Positions 29,736 to 39,129 of a stretch of DNA of 64,000 nucleotides are shown here, piece after piece (the first letter of the stretch is position 1; every line of letters starts with the position of its first letter). The position numbers and the translations under genes are program-made. Source of the DNA: Candidatus Bathyarchaeota archaeon (GTDB taxonomy: Archaea; Thermoproteota; Bathyarchaeia; 40CM-2-53-6); contig CAWHWX010000009.1 in the NCBI GenBank assembly GCA_963833125.1, forward strand, positions 56,088 to 120,087. The letters run 5' to 3'. A model generated the notes under the pieces. It was not told the DNA's origin. It saw nothing but the letters and a program-made list of their open reading frames with translations, and did no database searches.

Positions 29736-30848
29736 TCAGGTCCGTCGAGAAGAACGTCTACGTCGTCGTGTTCGCGAGCGGCGACGTCTTGAGGGCTTGG
29801 TCTTCCTTCGGCGGACGACGAGGTATGCTATGACAATTGCGGCAACAGCGACGAGTATGATTCCTCCTGGAACGGTGTAGTCGATCTGCCAAACCGCGGT
29901 TAGGGTGTGGGGTTTATCCATCGAAATAGTTCCATTCGGTGAATTGGTGACGAGTTGACTGTTCTCGTACCAGCCTTGGAATGTTGACTTCGCCCCTATC
30001 TCTCCGAGTGGGCCCGTAATTGGTTGATACTGGTTCGTGGAGAATGTTGCGACGGAGTCGGCGTCATACCATCCCCCTCCTGTGGCATTTTCGCCTGCTC
30101 CAACTAGGGTCAGTAAGTGCTGAGTTACGTAGATCGCCTCGAGGCTCATGTTACCTGTTACTGTTACTGTGTCAATTGTTCCAAGAGTCCCATCAGACCA
30201 GTGATCAAATCTCAATCGAGTCGTTGGGTCGACTTGCGCGAGGGATGGCACTGTGATATTATGTGGGCCTAACGCTACGCCCACGGCAGCTGGGCCGGGG
30301 GTTTGTTCTATGCCATCTACTGAGACGGCCACAGGCCCGGGCACGACGACGCTCAACGTGACCCCTGTCAGGTCGATGCTAAAGATGGTACTGCTCGTTG
30401 AACCCGAGACGAGATTGCCTTGACTGTCTAGAAGGGTGGAGGTAATATTCAGTTGCCACATACCTGGCCCATGTTTCTCGCCAAAGATGCCGCCAATTTG
30501 AAATTCAATGTGTTCAACTCCGGATGCGGCGGAAATCTTGATGAAACAAACAGCGCCCAATTCGCCCTGATTCACGCAAGGGTCGGTAGAAGAGATAACG
30601 AAGCCAGGAACGATGCTCTGAGGAGAAGCTCCGGCGTCAAGTATTCCAACGACGAGCTGGTAACCAGGGGTCGTGTCGTTATAGTATACAGTTGCTGTCA
30701 CAGGTATAGGCTCCTGACCCCCGGCGACACCCGAGGACGGGTGAACTACTTGGTAAATTTTAGTTGCCTGAACTGCCTGAACGTTCGAGTACCCGGAGAT
30801 AATGACAACTAGGAACAAGCAGATAATTAGAGCATTAGAGGCCTTCAA
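29736..30848 (-). CDS. membrane-anchored surface protein
   Basis: Signal peptide, beta-rich domains (FDHWSDG, GGGWYD, FQGWY), C-terminal TM helix and Arg-rich tail. Confidence 0.8.
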   Translation of the reverse strand: MKASNALIICLFLVVIISGYSNVQAVQATKIYQVVHPSSGVAGGQEPIPVTATVYYNDTTPGYQLVVGILDAGASPQSIVPGFVISSTDPCVNQGELGAVCFIKISAASGVEHIEFQIGGIFGEKHGPGMWQLNITSTLLDSQGNLVSGSTSSTIFSIDLTGVTLSVVVPGPVAVSVDGIEQTPGPAAVGVALGPHNITVPSLAQVDPTTRLRFDHWSDGTLGTIDTVTVTGNMSLEAIYVTQHLLTLVGAGENATGGGWYDADSVATFSTNQYQPITGPLGEIGAKSTFQGWYENSQLVTNSPNGTISMDKPHTLTAVWQIDYTVPGGIILVAVAAIVIAYLVVRRRKTKPSRRRRSRTRRRRRSSRRT

Positions 30849-30982
30849 CGATCAACCACCCAAACGGTGTAGCTTCGCTGCAGCATCTGGAAGAAATCCC
30901 TTCCGGTAAGGGAAAGATCTGAATTTAGCGATACGCTAAGCATTCGATCGTTTGGAGAGCATTATCGTAGTGCTTTTCGGCG

Positions 30983-33823
30983 TTAATGGTGCAGAAGTTT
31001 AGCAACCCTGTTTGATGTGGCCAGGGCGGCTAGGGTTAGGGTTGAGAGGACGATTGTCGCTGAGCTGATCATCAGTAGAGTTGATGATGCTAGAGCTTCA
31101 CCAATTGCGAGAGCGGAAATTCCACCCAACAGGGCGAACGAGAGATATTTCTCCATCGCAGCCAAACTGCGGAACCGTCGCACTCTCGATCGTATCAGGC
31201 TGAGTGGTAACCCGAGGTAGAAGGCGCCGATTAGACTACTTGCAATCAAGCCGGACAGTAAAACTGCTAGTTCTGGGAAGCTGGCTGTTGTGGAGTAAAA
31301 GTTCGATGTTAGGTAGAGGATGCCTACAAGCGGGTAGAGTACAACCTTCATTATCGCTCGTTCCGCTGAATGTGAGGATATGTAGTTCGCCACTCCAGGA
31401 CTGAAGGAGTAGTACCAGGCGTTGAACAGGGCCATGAAGCTTGACCCTGCCTGAGTCTTCATGATTGAGTTGTCGCGGAAGTTGCGGAGGAGCTGAACTT
31501 CCGGCGCGACTTGAGAGCCGTATGTTGCTGTGGCGATCAAGCAGACCGGGGCGCCCGCGGCTGAGGACGTTGTGCTGGTGCTAGTTGTTGCTGGCGTCGT
31601 AATCAGAACACCTACGTTGGCGCTGTGAATCAACGCACCGCTCGTTCCAGTGACCTGCACTGTAAACGAACCCGTTGATGAGGATGCTGACGCAGTGATC
31701 GTAAGGGTTGAAGTTGCTGGTGTTGCAGTCGGAGTCACCGGTCCAGGAAGACCTACCGAAACTCCAGTAGGGGCTGTGCCAATCCATGAATAGCTCAACG
31801 CAACAGCTGAATTGAATCCGTTAATTGCGCTAACACTAATCGTTGACGTTCCAGTTCCACCTTGAGTAAGCGATACGGTGCCCGGGGCGCCGCCGATTGT
31901 GAAGTCTGGCGTTACGGTGATGGTTAGCATGAAAGACTGCGAATGAGTTAGGCTGCCGCTTGTGCCAGTGATGGTTATGGTTGACGTTGCAGCTGGAGTT
32001 CCTGAGTCAACGCTAATCGTCGCCGTCGAAGTAATCGTCCCGCCCGCAGGTGGCGTGACAGGGTTGGATGAAAACGACACGTGCACGCCGGAGGGCAAGG
32101 AGCCGGGGCTCAGATTGACAGGTGAATTGAACGACCCAAGAGATGTCACCATCACGGTTTCATCTGATGAGCTTCCCGCGGCAACGCTGAGAGTTGGTGC
32201 GCTGAGTGATAATCCGAAATCGGCGCCAGATGTCACGGTAAGTGTAAAACTGGTTGAGTGAGTTGTGGAACCCCCTGTTCCGCTGATGGTAATTGTGCTT
32301 GACCCAACCGCGGCGCTAGGTCCAACGTTAACGGTCAGTGTCGATGCCGCGGAACCTCCTGACGGAATGTTAATCGGGTTTGGAGCGAATGTTGAGAATG
32401 TCACGCCGGATGGAACTGAGCCCGTAATCGACAATGTAACAGAACCCGAGTAGCTAAGAATACTCGTGCCGGTAATAGTGATCATGCCTGAAGCGCCTTG
32501 ACCTACCGAAATCGTTCCAGGAGCGGCGCCGATGCTGAAATCGGGTTGAGAAAGACTAAGTTCCGCAATCTTGTTAGCATTAGACTCCGTTATCCAAACA
32601 TTTCCGGAAGAATCAACCACCAAATCGTGCGGGCCGCTTGTCTGGCTCAGAGCCCATTCCGTGAAGGAACCAGTAGTGGTCCCAGTGTTACTGCTCGAAG
32701 TCGGCGAAACGGTATTCGATGTGGGCGGGAACGGGCCTAGTACGGCGGGCGTAATCGTTGTCTTCGTGCCTGCAAATACTTGTGTGACAGGGAGACCGGG
32801 ATAGGACACGGTACCACCCGTGGAGGGATCTAGCACGGCAACCTTAGCGGCTCCTGAGCCAGCGTGAGCATATTCGGCGGCCCAAGGTTGCTGAGTAAGC
32901 GGACTGATGTTGATACCCCGTAGATCAGCCCCAGCCGAAGGAACCTGCCAATCCTTGAAAGTGCCGTCCCCGCGTAGGACGCCGATATAGTTGTTAGGGT
33001 CACTCGCGCTGTTTGGGACATCCTGTGTGTACCAAGCTTGCCCCAGCGTGTCGACAGATACGAAGGCTCCCGTTGCGGATCCATGAGACGGAAGTGCCCA
33101 TGAAGAAAACTGATTAGTTCCCCTGTCAAATCGTACAAGGGCGTTAGCCCCGGCGAACCAGACTGTTCCAGGCCCCGCGTAGACACCGTTTGCTACTCCG
33201 CCCGCGGCGGCGGGAAGCGTACCCTCGTAAACATCTGCCGTGGAGATGCTGGGATCGTAAACCAATTCTCCAACAGCATTTCTACCCGGTTCACTGAACC
33301 AAGCCCTTTCTTGTGCTCCAGGCGGTTCAACTGAAATCTGTTCTGGGAAGGAACTTGCAGTTGGAAGAGTATACTCTTTGATGATATTTCCGCTAGGGAA
33401 GAGGATGAAGATCTTGTTTCCATTACCCTCCGCCCCAAAAATCGCAGTTTGACCTGAGACTGTCGCTGCCGCTATACCAAGCGGTTGGGAGCTGGCGGTT
33501 GGAATCGCCCATTCCTGAAAGGTGTTGGTCAAAGGGTTAAAGTGTGCAACGTTATTGCCGGAGGATTCAGCAAACCAACAGCAATTTCCGGCGGGGTCAA
33601 GGATGATATTGTACGGACCGCTATTTGCTGTAGGTACGGTCCATTCGGTTAATGTCGCGGAGGTTGGTGCGGCATAGGCCGGTGGGGCAAGATTTGCCAA
33701 TACTGATGCAGAAGCTGGAGATATGATGACGAGGCAGATTACCGTCAATGCCTTCGCGTAAATTACTTGCATCTTGCTTGCATGACCTGCCCTATTGAAA
33801 ATTAAGTGCATTACTAGAACCAA
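30983..33823 (-). CDS. large surface protein: Vgb-like beta-propeller, three Ig-like repeats and CFI-box-CTERM domain
   Basis: EWxVPT..SGP..I...WFAE repeats; three DFxI..AP.T.SV..G modules; CLIATATYGSQVAPEVQLLRNFRDN..FNAWYYSFSP, then TM helices. Confidence 0.85.
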   Translation of the reverse strand: MVLVMHLIFNRAGHASKMQVIYAKALTVICLVIISPASASVLANLAPPAYAAPTSATLTEWTVPTANSGPYNIILDPAGNCCWFAESSGNNVAHFNPLTNTFQEWAIPTASSQPLGIAAATVSGQTAIFGAEGNGNKIFILFPSGNIIKEYTLPTASSFPEQISVEPPGAQERAWFSEPGRNAVGELVYDPSISTADVYEGTLPAAAGGVANGVYAGPGTVWFAGANALVRFDRGTNQFSSWALPSHGSATGAFVSVDTLGQAWYTQDVPNSASDPNNYIGVLRGDGTFKDWQVPSAGADLRGINISPLTQQPWAAEYAHAGSGAAKVAVLDPSTGGTVSYPGLPVTQVFAGTKTTITPAVLGPFPPTSNTVSPTSSSNTGTTTGSFTEWALSQTSGPHDLVVDSSGNVWITESNANKIAELSLSQPDFSIGAAPGTISVGQGASGMITITGTSILSYSGSVTLSITGSVPSGVTFSTFAPNPINIPSGGSAASTLTVNVGPSAAVGSSTITISGTGGSTTHSTSFTLTVTSGADFGLSLSAPTLSVAAGSSSDETVMVTSLGSFNSPVNLSPGSLPSGVHVSFSSNPVTPPAGGTITSTATISVDSGTPAATSTITITGTSGSLTHSQSFMLTITVTPDFTIGGAPGTVSLTQGGTGTSTISVSAINGFNSAVALSYSWIGTAPTGVSVGLPGPVTPTATPATSTLTITASASSSTGSFTVQVTGTSGALIHSANVGVLITTPATTSTSTTSSAAGAPVCLIATATYGSQVAPEVQLLRNFRDNSIMKTQAGSSFMALFNAWYYSFSPGVANYISSHSAERAIMKVVLYPLVGILYLTSNFYSTTASFPELAVLLSGLIASSLIGAFYLGLPLSLIRSRVRRFRSLAAMEKYLSFALLGGISALAIGEALASSTLLMISSATIVLSTLTLAALATSNRVAKLLHH

Positions 33824-34128
33824 CTATAATCTGAATCATCCAGAAGTGAATATATGCTTTCCACCCCCAAACGCCCATGCCGACAGTGTAGATTCAACTG
33901 TACATGTGAGATTCAACGCGTCGGTGGCCTTGGGGCAGATTCGTCTTTTCGAAAGAGACTAGATATGGTTGTTCATCACGTGAGGAAGGCAACTGGCTTC
34001 CGCATTTGTACCTACCATCATAAGCCGCTGTGTAGATCTTCTAACCTGCTCGCTTGCAAACTCTGAGCCAGATTAAAAGTATCGGAAACCATTAGTAAAT
34101 CAGGTAGAAACTCTATCTAGGGAAACTC

Positions 34129-35013
34129 TTGGATCCTCAATTCTCTGATGGCTTTGTGACTGTTCTGGGCCACAAGCTGTTCTACAAAACCATCGGCGAA
34201 CCGGAGAACGATACGATTCTATGCCTTCATGGCGGTCCTGGGGGAACACATGATTACATGTTGCCGCTCGCCGATTTGGCGCAGTACGGTTACCGAGTGA
34301 TCTTCTTTGATCAGATAGGGTGCGGGAAATCAGAATTGCCGAAGAATATCACTCTCTTCACGGTTGAGCGAGCGGTTGAGGAGGTTGAGGGAATGCGCCA
34401 AGTTCTGTGGTTGGGGAAGGTTAACTTGGTTGGATCAAGTTGGGGAGGCATGCTCGCCATAGCGTACGCATTGAAGTATCAAAGACATCTGAAAAGCATG
34501 ATTACGATAGGTGGGCTGGCAAGCGTTCCCCTCACAACTGCCGAGATGGAGAGAATGAAAAGGGAACTCCCGATCGAGGTTGTGGAGGTTTTGAATAAGT
34601 ACGAAAGCGAGGGAGACTTCGAAAACCATGAATATCAGAAAGCTGTTGAGGTATTCTACCAGCTACATCTTTGCAGGTTACCACAATGGCCCGAAGAATT
34701 AGTCCACACCCTTGAACACGTGAGTCGGCCGGTCTATCACACAATGAATGGACCTAACGAATTCGCAATCATAGGGAATATTCGGTACTGGGACGCTACC
34801 AGTCAACTTCACAAGATTCGAGTCCCAACCCTCGTGACGGGTGGAAGGTACGATGAAGTATCCCCGAAGGTCGCGAGAAGCATCCACAGAGGGATAAAAC
34901 GCTCCAAACTAGTCACCTTCCCCAATAGCTCGCACCTACCATTCTGGGAAGAACGAGAGAAGTTCATGGGAGTAGTTCGACGTTTCCTGGATAACGTCAA
35001 TGAACCCGTCTAA
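34129..35013 (+). CDS. pip: proline iminopeptidase (tricorn-interacting factor F1-like)
   Basis: LHGGPG, DQIGCGKS, GSSWGGML, MNGPNEF, GRYDEV, SSHLPFWEE. Confidence 0.92.
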   Translation: MDPQFSDGFVTVLGHKLFYKTIGEPENDTILCLHGGPGGTHDYMLPLADLAQYGYRVIFFDQIGCGKSELPKNITLFTVERAVEEVEGMRQVLWLGKVNLVGSSWGGMLAIAYALKYQRHLKSMITIGGLASVPLTTAEMERMKRELPIEVVEVLNKYESEGDFENHEYQKAVEVFYQLHLCRLPQWPEELVHTLEHVSRPVYHTMNGPNEFAIIGNIRYWDATSQLHKIRVPTLVTGGRYDEVSPKVARSIHRGIKRSKLVTFPNSSHLPFWEEREKFMGVVRRFLDNVNEPV

Positions 35014-35021
35014 CTGAAGGA

Positions 35022-35480
35022 TTGGCATCAAAATTGGCGCTTGACAGTTACAAGAAGAAAAGGAACCTCTCACGCACCCCCGAGCCCGGTCCAAAGATCA
35101 AGAAGACTGAGCAAAATCGGTTCGTGGTGCAGGAACATCGAGCAACTCGTTTGCATTGGGACTTCAGGTTAGAGTTGGATGGAGTGCTGAAGAGCTGGGC
35201 TGTTCCAAAGGGGCCGCCCGAGGAACCCGGCTTGCGAAGATTGGCGGTCGAAGTTGAAGATCACCCCGTTGACTACATCACTTTCGAAGGCACAATCCCT
35301 CAAGGCGGATATGGAGCGGGCACCGTTAAGATTTGGGACAAAGGGAGCTTCAGGCTGAAGATAAGGACGAAAGACATGTACGAATTCTGGCTCAAGGGCA
35401 AGCGGTTGAATGGTAAATATGCCCTGGTTCGGTTCAAAGAAAAAAATTGGTTACTGTTGAAAACGAAAACTGATGATTAA
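35022..35480 (+). CDS. stand-alone LigD 3'-phosphoesterase (PE) domain
   Basis: YKKKRNLSRTPEP, FVVQEHRATRLHWDFRLELDGVLKSWAVPKGP, EDHPVDY, YGAGTVKIWDKG. Confidence 0.95.
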   Translation: MASKLALDSYKKKRNLSRTPEPGPKIKKTEQNRFVVQEHRATRLHWDFRLELDGVLKSWAVPKGPPEEPGLRRLAVEVEDHPVDYITFEGTIPQGGYGAGTVKIWDKGSFRLKIRTKDMYEFWLKGKRLNGKYALVRFKEKNWLLLKTKTDD

Positions 35481-36199
35481 CGGATCAACATTTTATTGAA
35501 ATCAGCTGCTAGGTTAGCCGCATCACCAGTCTCGTCATGCATGAAGTAGACGAAACAGTTCTCTAGGTCACTTGCGAACTTCTTTAGTTTCTCTGACCAT
35601 TCCTTCAGGTCACTTTTAGAATAGCGTTCATGGCGAAGCCTCGCATAAGTGAAGTTGGCCGTCTTCTCGAATATGGGTTTCATATCTTCGGTATCTGCAA
35701 TGCATAGGGCAGCGTTGTATTTCGACAATAGGTTGTTCAATTTGTCACCGAACCAAGAGTTGTGTCGAAACTCGATCGCAATCGAAGCCCAATCAGGTTT
35801 CTCTCGGAGAAATGTTTCGAGCGTCTCGTAATCCTGTTTCATATACGGTGGTAGCTGTACGAGTACACATCCCAGCTTCGCCTCTACTGGCTTCAACCCT
35901 TTCAGAAAGAACTCAAACTCAGTCTTAGCTCCCTTGAGTTTCTTGAAGTGAGTAATTTTGCGGCTCGCTTTGAAACTGAACCGAAAATCCTGGGGTGTGG
36001 AATTGGCCCACTTCGAGGTCGTTGTTTGCGTCGGCATGTGGTAGAAGCTTGAATTTACCTCCACCGAATTCAACTTCTTAGCGTAAGCCTCTAACATCTC
36101 ATTCGACTTAGTGGTTTCAGGGTAGAAGACTCCCTTCCAGCTGGCATAACTGAACCCCGACACGCCGACCCAAAACCGCGCCATCATATTCACACTCAC
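35477..36199 (-). CDS. DUF72 (YecE-like) family protein
   Basis: VGVSGFSYASWKGVFYP, SVEVNSSFY, FSFKASRKITH, LVQLPP, IEFRHNSW, YARLR. Confidence 0.92.
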   Translation of the reverse strand: MSVNMMARFWVGVSGFSYASWKGVFYPETTKSNEMLEAYAKKLNSVEVNSSFYHMPTQTTTSKWANSTPQDFRFSFKASRKITHFKKLKGAKTEFEFFLKGLKPVEAKLGCVLVQLPPYMKQDYETLETFLREKPDWASIAIEFRHNSWFGDKLNNLLSKYNAALCIADTEDMKPIFEKTANFTYARLRHERYSKSDLKEWSEKLKKFASDLENCFVYFMHDETGDAANLAADFNKMLIR

Positions 36200-36215
36200 T
36201 GGGATCCGGCTGGAT

Positions 36216-37172
36216 TTACAATATACACTCTGATGGCGTTTTGTCGAAGCGAAACCTCTCGAACCTAGGTAGCCGGAGCTTGCGATCCCTCGTCATGTTC
36301 ATGTAACCAACTTCAACCACTAACCGAGGTTTCACCCATCTGATAGGAGCTGGAGCTTTGACCTCGCCCGGGACTGTTTTAGTTTTCGTTTGCAGAGGCC
36401 TCAATAGTTTCATTACGCTAAGAATCGTGGCGTCTGTAAATCCCGTCCCCACGTTTCCTAAATGAGTGATCTTTCCATTTCTTTCGTACGCTGCCAATAC
36501 GAGTGCGCCGAAGGTTGATGATCGTGAACCCCCGCCTTCCGTGTAACCCACGACGACGCAATCAAGCGTCTTAACCTGTTTCAGCTTGAGCCAGTCTTCG
36601 CTTCTGGTGCCGATCTGGTAGGGGGAGTCAGCCTTCTTGGCCATGGCTCCTTCGAACCCGAGCTTTAATGCGTTTTTGAAGTAGGATTTTCCTTGCGAAG
36701 GAACATACTGGCTCAGTAGCATGTGAGGCCCGTTGGCGATTATCTTTCCCAGTTTTTGCCTACGATCTGTCAGGGGGCTATTTACGAGGTCTCGGCCGTT
36801 CAAATGTAAAAGGTCGAAGGCGATGTACGTGGTAGGCATGTTTCTGGAGAGCCTTCTAATCTGGATGGGATCGTTCGCTCCGAAACGGAACTGGAGTAGT
36901 TCAAAACTAGGTAATCCCTTTTCGAGCACAACGATTTCCCCATCGAGAATAGCGCTGTTCGTCTTGACGTTGCTGGCAATTGTTTCGAGTTCGGGGTATG
37001 ATTTCGTGACGGTTCTCAAATTGCGGTTTTGAAGCTCCACTTTACGGTCTTTGAAGTAGGCAATGCAGCGCATGCCGTCCCATTTCGGTTCGAAAACGTG
37101 TTGCTCAGAATCAAACGGGTCTGCTGTTTGCGCCAGCATTGGGCGAATGTTGCGTTCGTCCAGTAACGTCAA
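36216..37172 (-). CDS. ligD: ATP-dependent DNA ligase, stand-alone LigD ligase domain
   Basis: EPKWDGMR, LDGEIV, YIAFDLL, EGAMAK, WLKLK, GNVGTGF, WVKPRLVVEV, LRLPRF. Confidence 0.93.
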   Translation of the reverse strand: MTLLDERNIRPMLAQTADPFDSEQHVFEPKWDGMRCIAYFKDRKVELQNRNLRTVTKSYPELETIASNVKTNSAILDGEIVVLEKGLPSFELLQFRFGANDPIQIRRLSRNMPTTYIAFDLLHLNGRDLVNSPLTDRRQKLGKIIANGPHMLLSQYVPSQGKSYFKNALKLGFEGAMAKKADSPYQIGTRSEDWLKLKQVKTLDCVVVGYTEGGGSRSSTFGALVLAAYERNGKITHLGNVGTGFTDATILSVMKLLRPLQTKTKTVPGEVKAPAPIRWVKPRLVVEVGYMNMTRDRKLRLPRFERFRFDKTPSECIL

Positions 37173-37948
37173 CCTTTAGCACTGACTTTGATGCTGGCCT
37201 TCAGGGCTTCCATCAAATCCTGCGTGGCCTCAATCTCGGGAACCTTGGGCTCAAAGACTTCTTCCTTCCCCTTCATTTTGGCCTCAACTAAGTCCGTTAA
37301 CGCTTCCTGGTAACGGTCCTTGTACTCCTTCAAGTTGAACGGTTTTTTCATAATTCGAATGAGTTGTCCTGCGAGTTCCAATTCCTCTGGCGAGACCTCG
37401 ACCGGTTTTCTGAGTTCTTCAAAGTCGCTCGGGTCCCGGACTTCGTCCGCGTAATGCATCGTCTCCATTAGGATCGAATTTCCGTAGGGCCGAATTGCAA
37501 CCAAATGTTCACGTTCATGCATGACGACCCTGCCTACAGCAACTTTGCCATTTGCCTGAAGTGCTTCGAGTAGGAGGAAGTATGGTTTCTTTGAATCCTC
37601 CGTGGGGACAAGGAAGTAGCCTTTGTCGAAATAAATCGAATCGAGCTTATCTAAGTCCACAAAGCGGAGTATCTCAATTGCTTTACCGGATTTGATTTCG
37701 ACTGTCTCTAGGTCTTTGTTTGAGAGTGCGATGTACTTGCCTTTCTCTACCTCGTACCCTCTTAGAATACTGCTCCATGGTACTTCCTTCTTGTCCTTCG
37801 AACAGACTCGCTTGAACTGTATGGGGCTCTTGTCTCTGGGGCAGAGTAGACGCAAGCCGACTTTGTGCTCAGACACCGCGCCGAATCCCTTGACGGGGAT
37901 GCTGACGAGGCCGAATGTTATGGATCCACTCCAAGTAGCTCTTGGCAA
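37169..37948 (-). CDS. ku: prokaryotic Ku DNA end-binding protein
   Basis: MPRATWSGSITFGLVSIPVK, RGYEVEKGKY, YFDKGYFLVP, YKDRYQEAL, DLMEALKASI. Confidence 0.95.
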   Translation of the reverse strand: MPRATWSGSITFGLVSIPVKGFGAVSEHKVGLRLLCPRDKSPIQFKRVCSKDKKEVPWSSILRGYEVEKGKYIALSNKDLETVEIKSGKAIEILRFVDLDKLDSIYFDKGYFLVPTEDSKKPYFLLLEALQANGKVAVGRVVMHEREHLVAIRPYGNSILMETMHYADEVRDPSDFEELRKPVEVSPEELELAGQLIRIMKKPFNLKEYKDRYQEALTDLVEAKMKGKEEVFEPKVPEIEATQDLMEALKASIKVSAKG

Positions 37949-38073
37949 GGTTTGACCGAGAGGATGGGGGATGCGGGTCTACTTCAACAGTGCTCTTCCA
38001 ATGCTACCCATTTTAGCTAATTCTTGCCAAACTCACCATGAACCAACGTATGGTTTAACCCGCAGACGGTGCA

Positions 38074-39031
38074 ATGTTCAATGGAAATAGAACCGTTGAG
38101 TTCACCCTCAAATTCCCGTGGGAAGGTTTCTTGGCCGACAAAACACAACTCGTCCGAGTCAACGGTCGCAACCTTAAGCTCACCAACTTGGAAAAGGTCC
38201 TGTGGCCCGACGAGAAGATCACCAAGGCTGAGGTCATAAAATACTACGCGGATTTGAACGAGTACATAATCGCATTCCTCAAAGACCGGCCAATAATGAC
38301 GCGGCGCTATCCACAGGGAATCACTCAAGAATACTTTGTTCAGAAACATTTTCCGCATGTTCCTGAATGGGTGGAATTATTCTCATTCAAGTCAGAACAC
38401 TATGTCCTATGCAACGACCTTCCCACACTCATCTGGCTAGGTAACTTGGCGGCAATTGAGATCAACCACATGCTCGCCAAATCACCAAACGTAACCAGAC
38501 ATGATCTGGTTCTGATAGACTTGGATCCGCATTTGCCAGCCAATTTCGACGATGCGAGAGTGGTTGCTCGTGGGAGTGGCGACGGTGCTTGAGAGGTTGG
38601 AGTTAGAATTTCTACTAAAGACCTCGGGAGCGGACGGTATACACTTCCTGATTCCAATCGAACGTCGTTACAGTGTTGAGAAGATCAGAAAGTTCGTGTA
38701 TGTGATCGGAAAGCTGATTGAGAAAGCCAACCCGAATTTGGCTACGGTGTCAACTAGAGCAGATCGGAAGAAGGGGCACGTATACGTAGATTTCCTTCAA
38801 AACGGCCTAGAGAAAACGATTACCGCTCCGCTAAGCATAAGGGCACTGCCAGGAGCCCCCGTCTCATACCCTCTAACAGTCAAGCAGTTGGACGACCGTA
38901 AACTAAATCCACAAAATTTCAGCGTCCGGAAAGCTCCCCGAAAATCGCCGGCGCTCCGAAGTATGCTTCACCTCAGCCGGACCTCCCAAGATCTAGGCCC
39001 GGTCTTCGCCAAACTGGGCATTGAGACCTAG
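38074..39031 (+). CDS. stand-alone LigD polymerase/primase (AEP) domain (1-nt indel near 38572)
   Basis: LTNLEKVLWP, TKAEVIKYY, RYPQGI..FVQKH, IDLDP; then KTSGADGIH and VYVDFLQN..TITAPLSIRA in the next frame. Confidence 0.92.
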
Positions 39032-39129
39032 CCTATCCAGACTTTCAGAAGCTTCGGATCATGGGTGGATTCGAAGTTACTGTTAATCCAATGATGTCTT
39101 CGGCTTGTTTGAATAGAATCTTCTGCATG

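Noticed and set aside
38560-38590. Programmed frameshifting in the LigD polymerase or other split genes
   Set aside because: No slippery heptamer or stimulatory structure; same pattern as the many other indels in the window
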